From contig NC_043006.1 in NCBI RefSeq assembly GCF_006345805.1, forward strand, positions 13,640,001 to 13,704,000: a stretch of 64,000 nt of DNA, in the 5' to 3' direction. The notes under the pieces are model-generated. The model saw only the letters and a list, made by a program, of their open reading frames with translations, had not been told where the DNA came from and ran no database searches. Origin of the DNA: Octopus sinensis. Taxonomy: Eukaryota. Positions 1 to 15,950 of this stretch are shown here, piece by piece. The stretch's first letter is position 1; the number at the start of each line of letters is the position of its first letter. Made by a program: the position numbers and the translations under genes.

Positions 1-641
1 CGCCCGGCGTGTTAACGTTTCTGCCGGCTCACCGCATCTCGCCTGCGTCTCTCCAACTGGATGTTATTTCTCTGTAGAGACGGGTTTTTTTTAATACTGG
101 GACATCCTCCATACAGTGGATGCCACCAAGTCGACGGAGCCTGCGTTGCCTGAGCAGAATGAACATGGTTGGGAAACCGGCACATATGTTATGTATCAGG
201 GACGTGCCGCTTAGGCAGGCGACGTAGACAGTGCCTACTTTGAATAAAATAGATCAATAGTAACATTTTCCTGTTATGGCAAAATATGCACCTAATTCAA
301 TAAAATTATGGAGTCTACTCTGATTACTATGCATAAAATGCAAATTATTTTATTCTTTTGTAGATTAGGTAGGCATAACTCTCTCCTGCCTTTCAATCTC
401 AGTATTGAAGCTACGCATAGAACTGCTGTAGTACACATGCTGCGTACATTCCTACAACAACGGTTTCTTTACGCGCTATAAAGGCCCGAAGTAAATCTGC
501 CTACAACTCAGTCGCAGGTGTATGTTTCGCTTAATTTCTTGTGTTTTAATACATAAACGTCACCAACTGCCTACTCCGAGTAATTACTGACGGCATGTGC
601 CTGGCATGTATGTATATATGCATATATATATATATATATGC

Positions 642-687
<46 letters not shown>

Positions 688-690
<3 letters not shown>

Positions 691-1010
691 GAGGCGCAAT
701 GGCCCATGGTTAGGGCAGCGGACTCCCGGTCAGAGGATCGCGGTTTCGATTCCCAGACTGGGCGTTGTGCGTGTTTATTGAGCGAAAACACCTAAGGCTC
801 TACGAGGCTCCGGCAGTGGGGGGTGGCGACCCCTGTTGTACTCTTTCGCCCCAGTTTTCTCTCACTCTTTCTTCCTGTTTTTTTAGTAACGCTGCGATGG
901 ACTGGCGTCCCGTCCAGCTGGGGGGAACACATACGCCATGGAAACCGGGAAACCGGACCATGAGCTTGGCTAGGCTTCAAAAGGGGGCACACAAATAATA
1001 AATAAATAAA
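688..1010 (+). mobile_element. tRNA-derived SINE family A (head type 1 with a V-domain-like tail)
   Basis: tRNA-like head gtggaggcgcaatggcccatggttaggg...ggtttcgattccc (A/B boxes), followed by tgcgatggactggcgtcccgtccag and an (aaat)n tail. Confidence 0.85.
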
Positions 1011-1063
1011 TTTATATATATTTGTTTTGCAAGATTTTTGATCTGAAATCGTGTGTAGAAACA

Positions 1064-1262
1064 TATTATTGTATTTAGGAATGGTCATTTTGCCAGTTTA
1101 GCCAATAAGAACACAGGGGTATGACGAAAGAACTCTGGCCGAAATAAGATTAAGATTAATGTAAAAAAATAAATAACACTGAAGCAAAGTAACACCAAAT
1201 ATATAGTGCGTGTGTTTTTATTGGCTAAACTGGCAAAATGACCATTCCGAAATACAACAATA
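1064..1262. repeat. ~200-bp foldback mini-element with ~50-bp terminal inverted repeats next to TA-rich microsatellite
   Basis: 1064-1115 tattattgtatttaggaatggtcattttgccagtttagccaataagaacac is the near-exact reverse complement of 1211-1262. Confidence 0.8.
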
Positions 1263-1998
1263 TATATATACATACATACGTACTTACATTCATACAAGCA
1301 TACATACATACATACATACATACATACATACATACATACATACATACATACATACATACATACATAAAGACTAAGCTGGCAGAAACATGGGAGTCACTGT
1401 CAATACTGTTCTTGTTAAAGAGTAATAAATATTTACTCTATGGAGTTTAATGTAAAATTGTTTGTATTATATCTTGACATAAAAACAAACACAATACTTA
1501 ATATATCTCACTACCCCGCCTCCCCAACTCCCTGTATCTATTTATCTATATATCAAACTGTTTATAAGCCTGTCTGCCTGTGTTTGTGCCTGTATGTATT
1601 ATGTATGTATGTAGGTTAATATGTACGGGGATTTGTACACAAATGAAAATATGATAAAACTTAATATAAGTAATTGGGTTCAATCTCCTTCGTCGTTAAA
1701 CCATTTTACGCATCCCTTTGAGAATCTTCGTCGAGTAACCTCTAAAATATTTAGGGAGAAAGTGAAAGCTTCTTTGATCTGAAATCCACGTGCTAATTCA
1801 ATTTCTTTTTAGGTTGTTTATAAACGGCGCCACATAGGAATCAAATGAGATCTTTCCCATTTTTGTACTGATTTCTTGAAAAAAAATCTGCATTATTGAT
1901 TTCTTTCTCCTTTCCATGTTTAAACAAATATTAAATTATAACTGTGGAGAATTGTATTTATTTATCATTCCAGCATTATTCATGATGTTTCCTTTATT

Positions 1999-3223
<1,225 letters not shown>

Positions 3224-3307
3224 AATAATGATAATATTAATGATGATAATGATAATAATAATAATGATAATGATAATAACAACAACAGCAACAACAACAA
3301 CAACAAC

Positions 3308-3359
<52 letters not shown>

Positions 3360-3596
3360 GGGTTTCATTTAAAGTAATCCTTTTAGTTTCAGGCCTAATA
3401 CATGCGCAAGAAATGATCACAAAAGGGAATTCTGATGTAAAAATAGTGGCAAATGGCTCACTTTCATGCACTTCAAAATCACTCCACACATACACACACA
3501 CGCACACGAACACACACAGATACACGTGTGTAAATATATTTATTATTTAACATATATGCATAATATGTGTTTGTGTATATACATATATATCTATAT

Positions 3597-4849
<1,253 letters not shown>

Positions 4850-4855
4850 CACATT

Positions 4856-4900
<45 letters not shown>

Positions 4901-4914
4901 ATGTCTATACATAT

Positions 4915-6070
4915 AACTAAAAATTTATCCCGTCCGGAGATTGAACGTGCAAAGAAAGATTTAATAAAATTATTTAAAAATAATAATTTAAATATAGTGT
5001 TTGAAATAAATCATACGATACCTAATTGTTTTAGACATCACTCTTAATCTTAAAACTAATATTCGACATCCATATAGAAAATCAAACCAAAACAAACCTT
5101 TCAGGACCTAAACGTTCTTTCAAATCACCCTAGATCAACCCTCTATCGTATTTTAACTACTATCTCAACTGGAATCTGAAACTGATCGGTGAACGAGGAG
5201 ATATTCAGCACCCATGCACGGTAATATAACCAAGCCCTAAAGTTAAGTATTTTTAAAAAGGAATATTTTACATCCTTGATACAATTCTAAAGACCAAAAT
5301 TTCAAATATCTTGAACTGGCTTACAATCTAGTAATACGAACCTCAGTTTAGATAAACCAATTAAACATATCAAAAAAACACTGAATGAACGAGGCCCGAA
5401 TTAATAACGTGGCATTTAGGAATTAGTAAATATAAGCCCTACATCCCCAACCGATCTAATCAGACCAATTTCTCAAAATCTAGAAAATTATATGGTTCGC
5501 CCCGCCCTCCTCTCTTCGGGTCAAATTTTTACCCAAATTATTTTTTAAGATATTGAAGGAAAACTTTCCTAAAAATCATAAATATCATCCTATTTTTAAT
5601 AAATTCTCTGTAAAATTGTCATACTCAACTACTTGGAATTTAGGTTCGATCATAGATCTAAACTCAGCTTTAAGAAATCTACCCACACAAATCTTTATAA
5701 TGAACTCTATAACTTCAAAACTGACACTGGCTCTAACGTAAATATTACGCCAGGGTAACCCCGGATAGTCGGGGGTAACTTAACCTCTAGTAATCGGAAA
5801 ATTAATACCGATGCGGGAGGGGTGGGGGACATGTAATTGTCGAATTAAGGAGTCGTGTCCTCTAGCCGAAAACTGTTTACGTAATAACGTAGTATATAGG
5901 TGTTCTATGGAAATCCCTGCTACAAATAGGGTAAGAGTTTATATAGGAAGCACTGTAGACTTTAAACTTCGATATAGGTCTCATTTGAATTCTTTTGCTA
6001 ACATAAAAATATCGATCTTCCACAACGCTAGCTTCCTCTATACAAGAACTTTAAATTGCTAGAAGTTGAC
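4915..6070 (+). mobile_element. Degraded Penelope-like element (RT C-terminus and GIY-YIG endonuclease)
   Basis: IERAKKDLIKLFKNNNLNIVFE..LDITLNL...PYRK, then CNCRIKESCPLAENCLRNNVVYRC...VYIGSTVDFKLRYRSHLNSF (GIY-YIG); several frameshifts. Confidence 0.82.
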
Positions 6071-6164
6071 GATTGAAACATAAATATTATGCGCAGGGAA
6101 AGAATCATCAAGTAAGAGGTTTTGGACGCAAGGGTTCTTGAGTAACGCTAGAAAGAGGAGAGAC

Positions 6165-6328
6165 AGGCGGCATTTCATCTACGGATCAGAGGTTTGCGTG
6201 TTGCCGACTTTGCCTTTCATCCTTTCGGGGTCGATAAATTAAGTACCAGTTGCGTACTGGGGTCACTCTAATCGACTGGTCCCCTCCCCCAAAATTTCGA
6301 GCCTTGTGCCTAGAGTAGAAAAGAATAT
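6165..6328 (+). mobile_element. MetaSINE-like family C fragment
   Basis: gactttgcctttcatcctttcggggtcgataaattaagtaccagtt domain with tail cccctccccaaaatttcgagccttgtgcctagagtagaaaagaat. Confidence 0.75.
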
Positions 6329-6639
6329 GTGCATCTTAGATCATGAGCAGGAGTAGTGGGAGAGCATAGTCATGCGCTGAGAGGGATTTTTTGGGGTTTG
6401 GATAAATGTAACAAAAGCAAAGTTTGAAGGAAATATTAGCCATTTTTCATACTTTCTTGGGGTAACGAGCAGGAAATGACAGTTACCACTCCGTCACGAA
6501 ACCTTATTACACAGTGTAATAAAACAACCGAAAAGATTGCTTGAATCAAACACAAGATAATTTTGCGCATCAATTTATTATCAGTCAAACTGATAATATA
6601 ATGTCCTACGTTTATCCGAACAAGGGTATACTTAAATAC

Positions 6640-7100
6640 GTTTAATATATTGGCATTTTACCTGATTTAAAATATTTATTTCTAAGAAATGAATGGATTG
6701 CCTCGCAGACACCCATAAAATTATTAATCATCTTACAAACAATAACTCTGAGCACCTTTTCAAACTCCACCTGTCTAACACCCGTGGACATGTTTACAAA
6801 GTCAGAAAACAGCACAGCTCCCATGACTTTCGGAAACATTTTTTCATGCTAAGAGTTGCTGAAGCAAGGAACTGACTGCCGGCATCAGTTGTTAGTTGTC
6901 GAAGCATTGCATCCTTCAAAACTTCCATGCTTCCTGAGATTCGCCAACACTACACCTGATTTTCTCCCCTCCATACACATGCAAGCATGTATCTGATTCA
7001 TACACTGGTCACTTTGCAGACATTTGTACCTTACTGCATATGCTTTATACGCATTTTTGACAAGTTGTGGTGCACCTGAGCACTGTATACAATAATTTCC

Positions 7101-7135
<35 letters not shown>
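6640..7135 (+). mobile_element. CR1-type LINE 3' end
   Basis: NTRGHVYKVRKQHSSHDFRKHFFMLRVAEA(R/W)N*LPASVV is a typical CR1 ORF2 C-terminus; followed by a 3' UTR and (TTA)n tail. Confidence 0.8.
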
Positions 7136-7137
<2 letters not shown>

Positions 7138-7198
7138 GATTATATTACATCCAGGTCCACTATTCATTAAGAATTCTCTTGGACAGATGGAAGCTTGG

Positions 7199-8022
7199 TT
7201 GCTAATGAGAATGATTAATATGGCTAGAGCTATAGTACAACTGAAGTACACAATATGATAAATGGTTATTATTCATCTGCACACAGCAACAGTAATTATC
7301 AGGCGGTTATATCAGCAAAGAAGGTTAATCACATAGTAATTAACAAATTACTTGCTCACACCATATTGCTGCAACCGCTTAAAACTAAATTATAATGCCT
7401 ACACTAAACTAATGCTTTAGGGAGAGTTTATAAATAAAATAAATGCGTCCTTTTAAAGCCTAGCCAGGCTCATGAGCCCGATTTCCCGGTTTCTTTGGCG
7501 TATGTGTTCCCCATCTGGATGGGACGCCAGTCCATCGCAGCGTTACTCATTTTTGCCAGCTGAGTGGACTGCAGCAACGTGTTTTGTTCAAGAACACAAC
7601 GCCTTGCCCGGTCCAGGAATCGAAACCACAATCTTACGATTATGATGATGACACCCTAACCACTAAGACACGCGCCTCCACAAGGGAGAGTTTAAGGCAT
7701 CAAAATTAAAAGGTAAATGAAGATCGCTATTGATAATTCTCATCAAAGACAGGGTATAGAGGCCTATTGAAAGGTGGAAAGCGTTGGAGAATGAATCTAA
7801 TCTTTGGCGAATTTAATACAGTGAGGACGGTTAAACTACGGACATATATCGTTCATAGTGAAATTTTCGTGGTTGTGTGGTAAGCAACTTGCTTACCAGC
7901 CACATGGTTCCGGGTTCAGTCCAACTGCGTGGCACCTTGGCTAAGTGTCTTCTACTATAGCCTCGGGCCGACTAAAGCCCTGTGAGTGGATTTGGTTGAC
8001 GGAAACTGAAAGAAGCCCGTCG

Positions 8023-8084
<62 letters not shown>

Positions 8085-8151
8085 TGTATTTGAGTTCGTC
8101 CCCACCAACATCACTTGACAATAGATCTTGGTGTATTTACATCCCCGTAAC
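7199..8151. repeat. Left arm of a ~950-bp inverted duplication (partner 10305-11277)
   Basis: Colinear reverse-complement match across unique DNA, a family-A SINE (7432-7681) and a family-B SINE (7870-8151). Confidence 0.93.
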
Positions 8152-8416
8152 ATAGCCTTTTACACCCCTATCACCGTTAGCAGTTGCTGTAAACATTACA
8201 GTAGTCTACCGTAAGATTTATAAATTACCCCAGTTCTCGCTGACACTACCCCACTTTATGTTGTCATTGTCTGCAATGGTCATTGACTGCAAGGGTCAGC
8301 AAAAGGTCATGTTCACATTCAAGTCCACCTGAACTTTTTTTAAATGGATGTTCATGTTATTGGAATGATGGTGTTTTGCGTTAACTAATGGAAAAAAATA
8401 CGGATTGAATACAAAC

Positions 8417-8577
8417 CTTTCCAAGATGCCAAACAGGTGAAAAATATGTCGACAAGTTTGGGAAGATGCAAAAGACCCCAACGCAAAAATCTGCCACTGC
8501 AAGATTTGCCAGGAAGAAATTGGTACGGGTTCTCATTCGTGCATTTTTCACAATGATGTAAAGGACCAAAGAATTAC
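8417..8577 (-). CDS. Coding exon 2 of the same GPCR: end of TM1, ICL1, TM2 and ECL1
   Basis: Acceptor ttttgcag|GT AAT completes the split Gly to give GNSLVLYIIVKNARMRTRTNFFLANLAVADFCVGVFCIFPNLSTYFSPVWHLGK; donor AAG|gtttgt (phase 0). The GN (TM1), TNFFLANLAVAD (TM2) and WxLG (ECL1) class A motifs are present. The segment NLAVADFCVGVFC..NLS.Y...W..G resembles insect trissin receptors as I recall them; not verified by search. Confidence 0.92.
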
Positions 8578-8767
8578 CTGCAAAACGATGAAAAAAATTT
8601 GATTAGTTTATAAATTAATTATATTAGAAATATCAATTAATACATGCACCCCATTGAAATAATTGAAGTGATATTTTTTTAATTATTTGTACATCATATG
8701 TATTTTTAATTGTTTATTTTTTTTTAGAAGATTATAGCATTATCAGCAGAATTTTTAAAAACTCATA

Positions 8768-9147
8768 CACTACCGTCAGAAATTAATTAGCACCCTTGAT
8801 TTGCTCTTCACTCAAGGTATGTGCTGTCACCTAGTGGCCATATCTCGAACTATTGCTTTGTTGCGAGTTCACTGTTGCGCAGAACGATGACGTAACTTTG
8901 TTTGCAGAGCAGTTTGAGAATCTACAGCCTTATGATGTTGACATAGCAGTGCAACAACAACTTGGAGTGCGGATGCAGACAAATCTTCCTTTGTTTAATA
9001 GATATAGGTAGCGCCTCGCAAGGACCGAAATCACACCATACTAAGTTTTCTCATCGCGTAAGACGTTTTGAACAGCTCATAGGTTAATTGATTTAACCTA
9101 TTTAATGTAGAAATTTGAGAAGTGCTAATTAATTTCTGACGCAAGTG
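8768..9147. mobile_element. Tc1/mariner-type MITE (380 bp)
   Basis: TIRs cactaccgtcagaaattaattagcac and gtgctaattaatttctgacgcaagtg, with TA on both flanks. Confidence 0.82.
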
Positions 9148-9328
9148 TATGTACGCTTCATATGTCATGCTAACCCTTGCCATCACTAAAGATCTCCCTT
9201 GAAAGAATATCTTCAGCGTAACAACAACAGCATCTCAAAAACTGATCTTTTTCTTTAGTGCCAGAAAAATACTTTCCTAACAACGTTTTACAAAACACAG
9301 TCAAGACCAGCTAGTTTGTACTGCGCTC

Positions 9329-9359
<31 letters not shown>

Positions 9360-9378
9360 CTCTTTCTCTCTCTCTCTT

Positions 9379-9409
<31 letters not shown>

Positions 9410-9884
9410 TTCTTTCCCCCCCTCTCTCTCTCTCACACACACACACACAAAAGTAAGGTAATTCATATGTGCAACATGAAGTCTCTCACTAACTCCAAAC
9501 TCGTCCCAATAAACTCATCCTTTCTCTGTCTTTGTGCCTTTTCTACAAAATATCAAATTGGTGTGTGTGTGTGTGTGTATGTTTGTGTGTGTGTGTGTAT
9601 GTTTGTGTGTGTGTGTGTGTGTGTGTGTAACTGAATGTTCCGTCGACTTTCTTTTTCTGTTTTTAGTTTAGAGTTAATTTCAACCTGCTACCAACTTAGT
9701 CGCAAGGTTATAAAAAGGTATGAAGTAAACCATCTTGTTTTGTTGAGTATCCTTTAAATGTTGCAGGCTTCTATTGCCCCAGGTATCGCGATCATTTCTA
9801 GAGTATCTGTTAAGGAGCTGCAATTCCTCCCTAAGAACCTAATTTCAGCCTTTCTTAACTTCAAGCTGAATGGTAGGTTGGATA

Positions 9885-10222
9885 GTGGAGGCGCAATGGC
9901 CCAGTGGTTAGGGCAGCGGACTTGCGGTCATAGGATCGCCGTTTCGATTCCCAGACCGGGCGTTGTGAGTGTTTATTGAGCGAAAACACCTAAAGCTCCA
10001 CGAGGATCCGGCAGGGGATGGTGGTGATCCCTGCTGTACTCTTTCACCACAACTTTCTCTCACTCTTACTTCCTGTTTCTGTTGTACCTATATTTCAAAG
10101 GGCCGGCCTTGTCACTCTCTGTGTCACGCTGAATATCCCCGAGAACTACGTTAAGAGTACACGTGTCTGTGGAGTGCTCAGCCACTTACACGTTAATTTC
10201 ACGAGCAGGCTGTTCCGTTGAT
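9885..10222 (+). mobile_element. SINE family A (long-tail subfamily), 3'-truncated and fused to an inverted family-B SINE
   Basis: Same sequence as 16780-17163 up to ttccgttgat, then an abrupt switch to ttagtcgagcaaatcgacc. Confidence 0.85.
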
Positions 10223-10304
10223 TTTTAGTCGAGCAAATCGACCCAAGGACCTATTCTTTGTAAGCCTAGTACTTATTTTTCGGTCTCTTTTGCCGAAACA
10301 CTAA

Positions 10305-10371
10305 GTTACGGGGACGTAAACACACCAAGATCGATTGTCAAGTGAAGTTGGTGGGGACAAACTCAAATACA

Positions 10372-10444
<73 letters not shown>

Positions 10445-11277
10445 GACGGGCTTCTTTCAGTTTCCGTCAACCAAATCCACTCACAGGGCTTTAGTCGGCC
10501 CGAGGCTATAGTAGAAGACACTTACCCAAGGTGCCACGCAGTGGGACTGAACCCGGAGCCATGTGGTTGTTAAGCAAGTCACTTACCACACAACCACGAA
10601 AATTTCACCATGAACGATATATGTCCGTAGTTTAACCTTCCTCACTGTATTAAATTCGCCAAAGATTAGATTCATTCTCCAACGCTTTCCACCTCTCAAT
10701 AGGCCTCAGTACCCTGTCTTTGATGAGAATTATCAATAGCGCTTTTCATTTACCTTTTAATTTTGATGCCTTAAACTCTCCCTTGTGGAGGCGCGTGGCT
10801 TAGTGGTTAGGGTGTCAGCATCATAATCGTAAGATTGTGGTTTCGATTCCTGGACCGGGCGAGGCATTGTGTTCTTGAGCAAAACACTTCATTTCACGTT
10901 GCTCCAGTCCACTCAGCTGGCAAAAATGAGTAACGCTGCGATGGACTGGCGTCCCATCCAGCTGGGGAACACATACGCCATAGAAACCGGGAAATCAGGC
11001 CCATGAGCCTGGCTAGGCTTTAAAAGGGCGCATTTATTTTATTTATAAACTCTCCCTAAAGCATTAGTTTAGTGTAGGCATTATAATTTAGTTTTAAGCG
11101 GTTGCAGCAATATGGTGTGAGCAAGTAATTTGTTAATTACTATGTGATTAACCTTCTTTGCTGATATAACCGCCTGATAATTACTGTTGCTGTGTGCAGG
11201 TGAATAATAACCATTTATCATATTGTGTACTTCAGTTGTACTATAGCTCTAGCCATATTAATCATTCTCATTAGCAA
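10305..11277. repeat. Right arm of the ~950-bp inverted duplication (partner 7199-8151)
   Basis: 11186-11275 gttgctgtgtgcaggtgaataataacc...tctcattagc is the reverse complement of 7201-7290; the match runs inward to ggggacgtaaa/tttacatcccc. Confidence 0.93.
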
Positions 11278-12315
11278 AAGATTATAATATCCTTTTCCCA
11301 ATTATTTTGAGTTTATGAATAAGATTAGTGATATAAATCATGACTTTTGTCTATCTTAGCTATACTTGAGCGCTAGTCGTCTTAATGTTTCTCATTAGCA
11401 AAAGATGAGATTTTTTTATCTGAAATTATCAAAAGTACTAATATAAATTTATACGTTGCAATTCCTACTATGGGTAAACTAAAAACTCAAACATTTTTTC
11501 TATGCTACTGATGTATAGAAAAAAAGAGGAAAGGAGTCTCCTGATACAAGGACTCGTTGTTTGTTGACCACTCCTTAAAGACATACTCTGTTTCCACCCC
11601 CAGTCAATAGCACAAAGCAGTCATAAATGGTTGTTATTGTCAGATTATTATAATCTCAACATTAGCTGCATCTTCGCATACAGAAATATCATCTCTTTTC
11701 ACGATTTGCACTCATTTACAAGCGCAAACACACACAAACACACAATTCTCATATATAACAATATTGGTTTCAACGTACCATTCAAGATAAAAATTATTGT
11801 AAAACAAATTCAAAATCGAAGGATTAATTTCTTTCCACTAAATATGTAACCTTGTACCTCGGATTGAAACGATTATCTTCTATTGTCCTCGACAATTTAC
11901 TGTTAATGTATATAATTAATATGCATTGTTCCACAATTTTGCCTTCCTTTTTCTCCTTGTCATTCTTTATTTACTTAAATGTGTTTTAATATAGAACCAA
12001 ATCAGAATTGATTTAGTTTCCATTGTTTGGTTACGACTGCAGTTGACTTATACCAGAAGTTTTGATAGAGTAAGACCTACAATACATTAGTCTAATGTAT
12101 CTAAGCAACCTACACTAAAACTTACTTTTGTGGTAGATACAATGGATGTAAATGCTTGTTAAAATACCTAAGATTTATCCATTATAAAATAATTACAGCT
12201 CGGTTAGATCTCAAATTAAGAAACAGGTAGTCTTCTAAAAGATTTTAAAAAATATATATATATGGATATATATGTGTGTGTGAATATGCATATATATACA
12301 TATATATGGATATGC

Positions 12316-12361
<46 letters not shown>

Positions 12362-12466
12362 ATAGACAGACGCACACACACACATGTATGTGTAAATACA
12401 TATATTTACATATAGACATACACACACATATATATAACTATAAATACATACATATTTATATCCATA

Positions 12467-12572
<106 letters not shown>

Positions 12573-12681
12573 TATAGATATATTTATCTATAAATATATA
12601 TGTGTGTGTCTGTGCGTATGCATATATACAACATTATATGTATAAATGTCAGAAGCTTGCTATTTTCTCTCTCTTTACCTT

Positions 12682-12751
<70 letters not shown>

Positions 12752-13344
12752 TATATACATATATATACATATATACACACACACACATATGTATATATAC
12801 TTTTGGTATATTATGATGATATCTAAATACGCAATCAATCACAGTATTATTCTAGAAAAGATTCAATTAGTACAGTTTATATTCGAGCATACAAATATAG
12901 ATATCATGGATTTTCATGTACGAAACAATATCCTCTCAAAAACCGGTTGGTGAGCTATCCTTCTTTTTCTTTGCTTTTTTTTATCTCTTTTTAATGTTAT
13001 TTTTGTTTTCCTGTGAGGAAGTATCTATTGTTGAAGTTATTTGCATTGTTAACAAAACATCAAATTATCTGCCATCTGACAGTAGTAATTAATATTTCTA
13101 AAGAGAGATTTTACTGCAGGCACATATCGATTTTTGGTACCAAGTAAGATTTCGATTTGCAAAAGATAAGTTTATTGAAGTCTATATTGTTGTTGCTGTT
13201 GTTTTTGTTTAGCCCTGAGAGATCTGTCCTGAACCAGCCGACCTATGATGAAAAGCCTTGCTACAATGATAATCAAGCCCTATATTTTTGCGATATATTT
13301 CTTCTGCACTACATGATTCCAACCGTTATTATACCTCCCTCTCT

Positions 13345-13540
13345 TTACAGTCCTCTCCCTCTCCCTCTCTATACACTCCTCTCCCTCTCTATACACTCCT
13401 CTCCCTCTCTATACACTCCTCTCCCTCTCTATCTCCTCTCTACATATCTCTTTCTTATACCACCCTCAATCCCTCTGTCCCTTTATCCCCTTTTCTAGCT
13501 CTCACTCTCCCCTCTCTCTCATTCTCCCTCATTAGACAAG
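13345..13540. repeat. Polypyrimidine minisatellite (20-bp unit atacactcctctccctctct, three or more copies)
   Basis: Direct inspection. Confidence 0.85.
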
Positions 13541-15784
13541 CAGGTGGAATTTGAGGGAAGCATTTCTATCGTTTTTATCAAGTTGTAAGACTACCCAGAA
13601 GTCTCCGTGTTGGTGTGACTTTAGCCCTTAAAAGGGCGGAAAAGGGTTGAAGGAATATGTTCCAAAAACACAAGAAAGATATCACTTTTTCTTAAGAGTA
13701 ATTTTCATCTAGGTACAAGAGTGGCTGTGCGGTAAGTAGCTTGCTTACCAACCACATGTTTCCGGGGTCATTCCCACTGCGTGGCACCTTGGGCAAGTGT
13801 CTTCTACTATAGCCTCGGGCTGACCAAAACCTTGTGAGTTGATTTGGTAGACGGAAACTGAAAGAAGCCTGTCGTATATATGTACATATATATATATATG
13901 TGTGTGTGTATATGTTTGTCTATCTGTGTTTGTCCCCCCCCCAACATTGCTTGACAACCGATGCTGGTGTGTTTACGTCTCCATAATTTAGTGATTCGGC
14001 AAAAGAGACCGATGGAATAAGTACAAGGCTTCCAAAGAATAAGTCTTGGAGCCGATTTGCTCGACTAAAGGCGGTGCTCCAGCATGGCCGCATTCAAATG
14101 ACTGAAACAAATAAAAGAGACTAAAAGAAAAGAGAGTATACTTATTTTCACTTTAGATAAGTACAAAATCTATAATAATTGTTAGTCTGTCGCTTATTAA
14201 AATTTAGTGTCATTAATGAAAAGCCCTGCAGAATATTCACTTTACTTTCTTTTGATGATGGCGATATCTACGTGAAAATTTTGAAACGTCATTTGATGAT
14301 GTCTGCCATTAAAGCATATTAAGAGTTAAAACATATTTTTTTCAATCATGACAGAGTAAAGATACTTGTGACCCCTGAGGCAATATACAATAATATCTGA
14401 GGAAGCATTAAACATTGTCACAGATTTAAATATAGTTTCATTCTCAGCGGTGTCTATTGAATAGTTCAACGTAGCATATTGCTCCTTCATTTTTCCATAA
14501 AATATTTTTTTATCATGATTCATTGCTTGCCGCAGAACAGCGAGAATCCCAACTTAGATCAAATAAAATGATAACATATTTATTCATTCTTAATATGTTC
14601 GTTATTTTCCAGAACGTATTAAATATGAATAGATACTTTTAACTATGAATAAGCATTGTTTAGATATTCGCTGTGCTGCTTGTACCCAATAGATTATTAT
14701 TTGTTCGGGCGACAACAGTATGTATAAAAAATATAATTATCTTCTGTTGATTCCTATAAACGAACGCTTGTGCTATTGTCAGATACATCAGACCAGCGGG
14801 ATAACGTTGACTGATTAGACACACAAGATCGAAACACCTTGACGTCTGAAACCTTTACACCGGTGAATCACGTGTTATGATCACCTGTCGGATAAGGAGA
14901 GAAAATATTCGCCGAAGATGAAAAACAACAGCGATCAAATATTCACATTCAAATTTGCTAGCACGTATTTAAAATGTATAGATACGTTCTTTTTTTTACT
15001 ATCTTAAAGTCATAAGGTAAGGTTGCACCTACAACCCGTCGCAGAGCCTCCAAGATCTGTGGGGTGGAGAGAAGATATCCTTAACTTGAAGGACTGGCAA
15101 GAGAGTAGACTCCGCTAAAAAACATACAAGGTACCAGGAAGTGGCGTTAAAGCGGTGACGTCTTAGTTGTAACTTAAGATTCTAACTTAATTAGACTAGG
15201 AAATTTAAGAAAATATTATAAAAAGAATGACCACTTTTTTTTTCCACTCTCCACACATGCACACATATTTACAATTAAAACAATTATGTACCAGGAACTT
15301 TATGCTAAAAATAACAAAGTTCTAAGATCGATTTGAAAAACTAATGAACTCCGCCTATCAAAGAATAAAATAGCTGAATGATTACACAGATAATAAACCC
15401 TTTTATCTTTTACTGGTTTCAATCATTGAACAGCGGCCATGCAAGGATAACGCCTTGAAGGTTTTAGACGAACAGATAGACCCCCCCCCCCTAGTGCTAA
15501 TTTTAAAAGTTTGATGCTTACTCTATCTGTTGAAACGCTAAGTTACAGGGACGTAAACAAACCAACACCAGTTGTCAAGCAGTGGTAGAAGATTAACACT
15601 AACTCGAAGACAGATACATGTGGCGGGAATCTTCACAGTGTCTGTCTCACCAAATTCACTCATAAATTCACTTACAGTAAAAGACATTTGTCCAATGTGC
15701 CGCACAGTGAGACTGAACCCGAAACCAAATGGTTGGAAAGTGAGCACAACAAGCAATCGAATTATAAAAATGGTAAACACTTAC

Positions 15785-15950
15785 CAAATACACAGCACAT
15801 GAATATCACAGAGTACAAAAAGCAAAATGTTACTTTGATATGTATTTTGTTGAACGGGTTTATAAACGTGCCCAAACTGTAACCAACTGTACCATTAAGA
15901 GTATTATTCAATTCGTCAATAACCACTGTTGAATTAAGCTGGTTTTCCAT
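15785..15950 (-). CDS. Coding exon 1 of a rhodopsin-family (class A) neuropeptide GPCR, trissin-receptor-like: extracellular N-terminus and most of TM1
   Basis: Reads MENQLNSTVVIDELNNTLNGTVGYSLGTFINPFNKIHIKVTFCFLYSVIFMCCVF+G (166 nt = 55 codons + 1). It has three N-glycosylation sequons (NST, NNT, NGT), then a hydrophobic TM1, and ends at a consensus donor TTTG|GTAAGT (phase 1) that matches the next exon. Confidence 0.9.
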
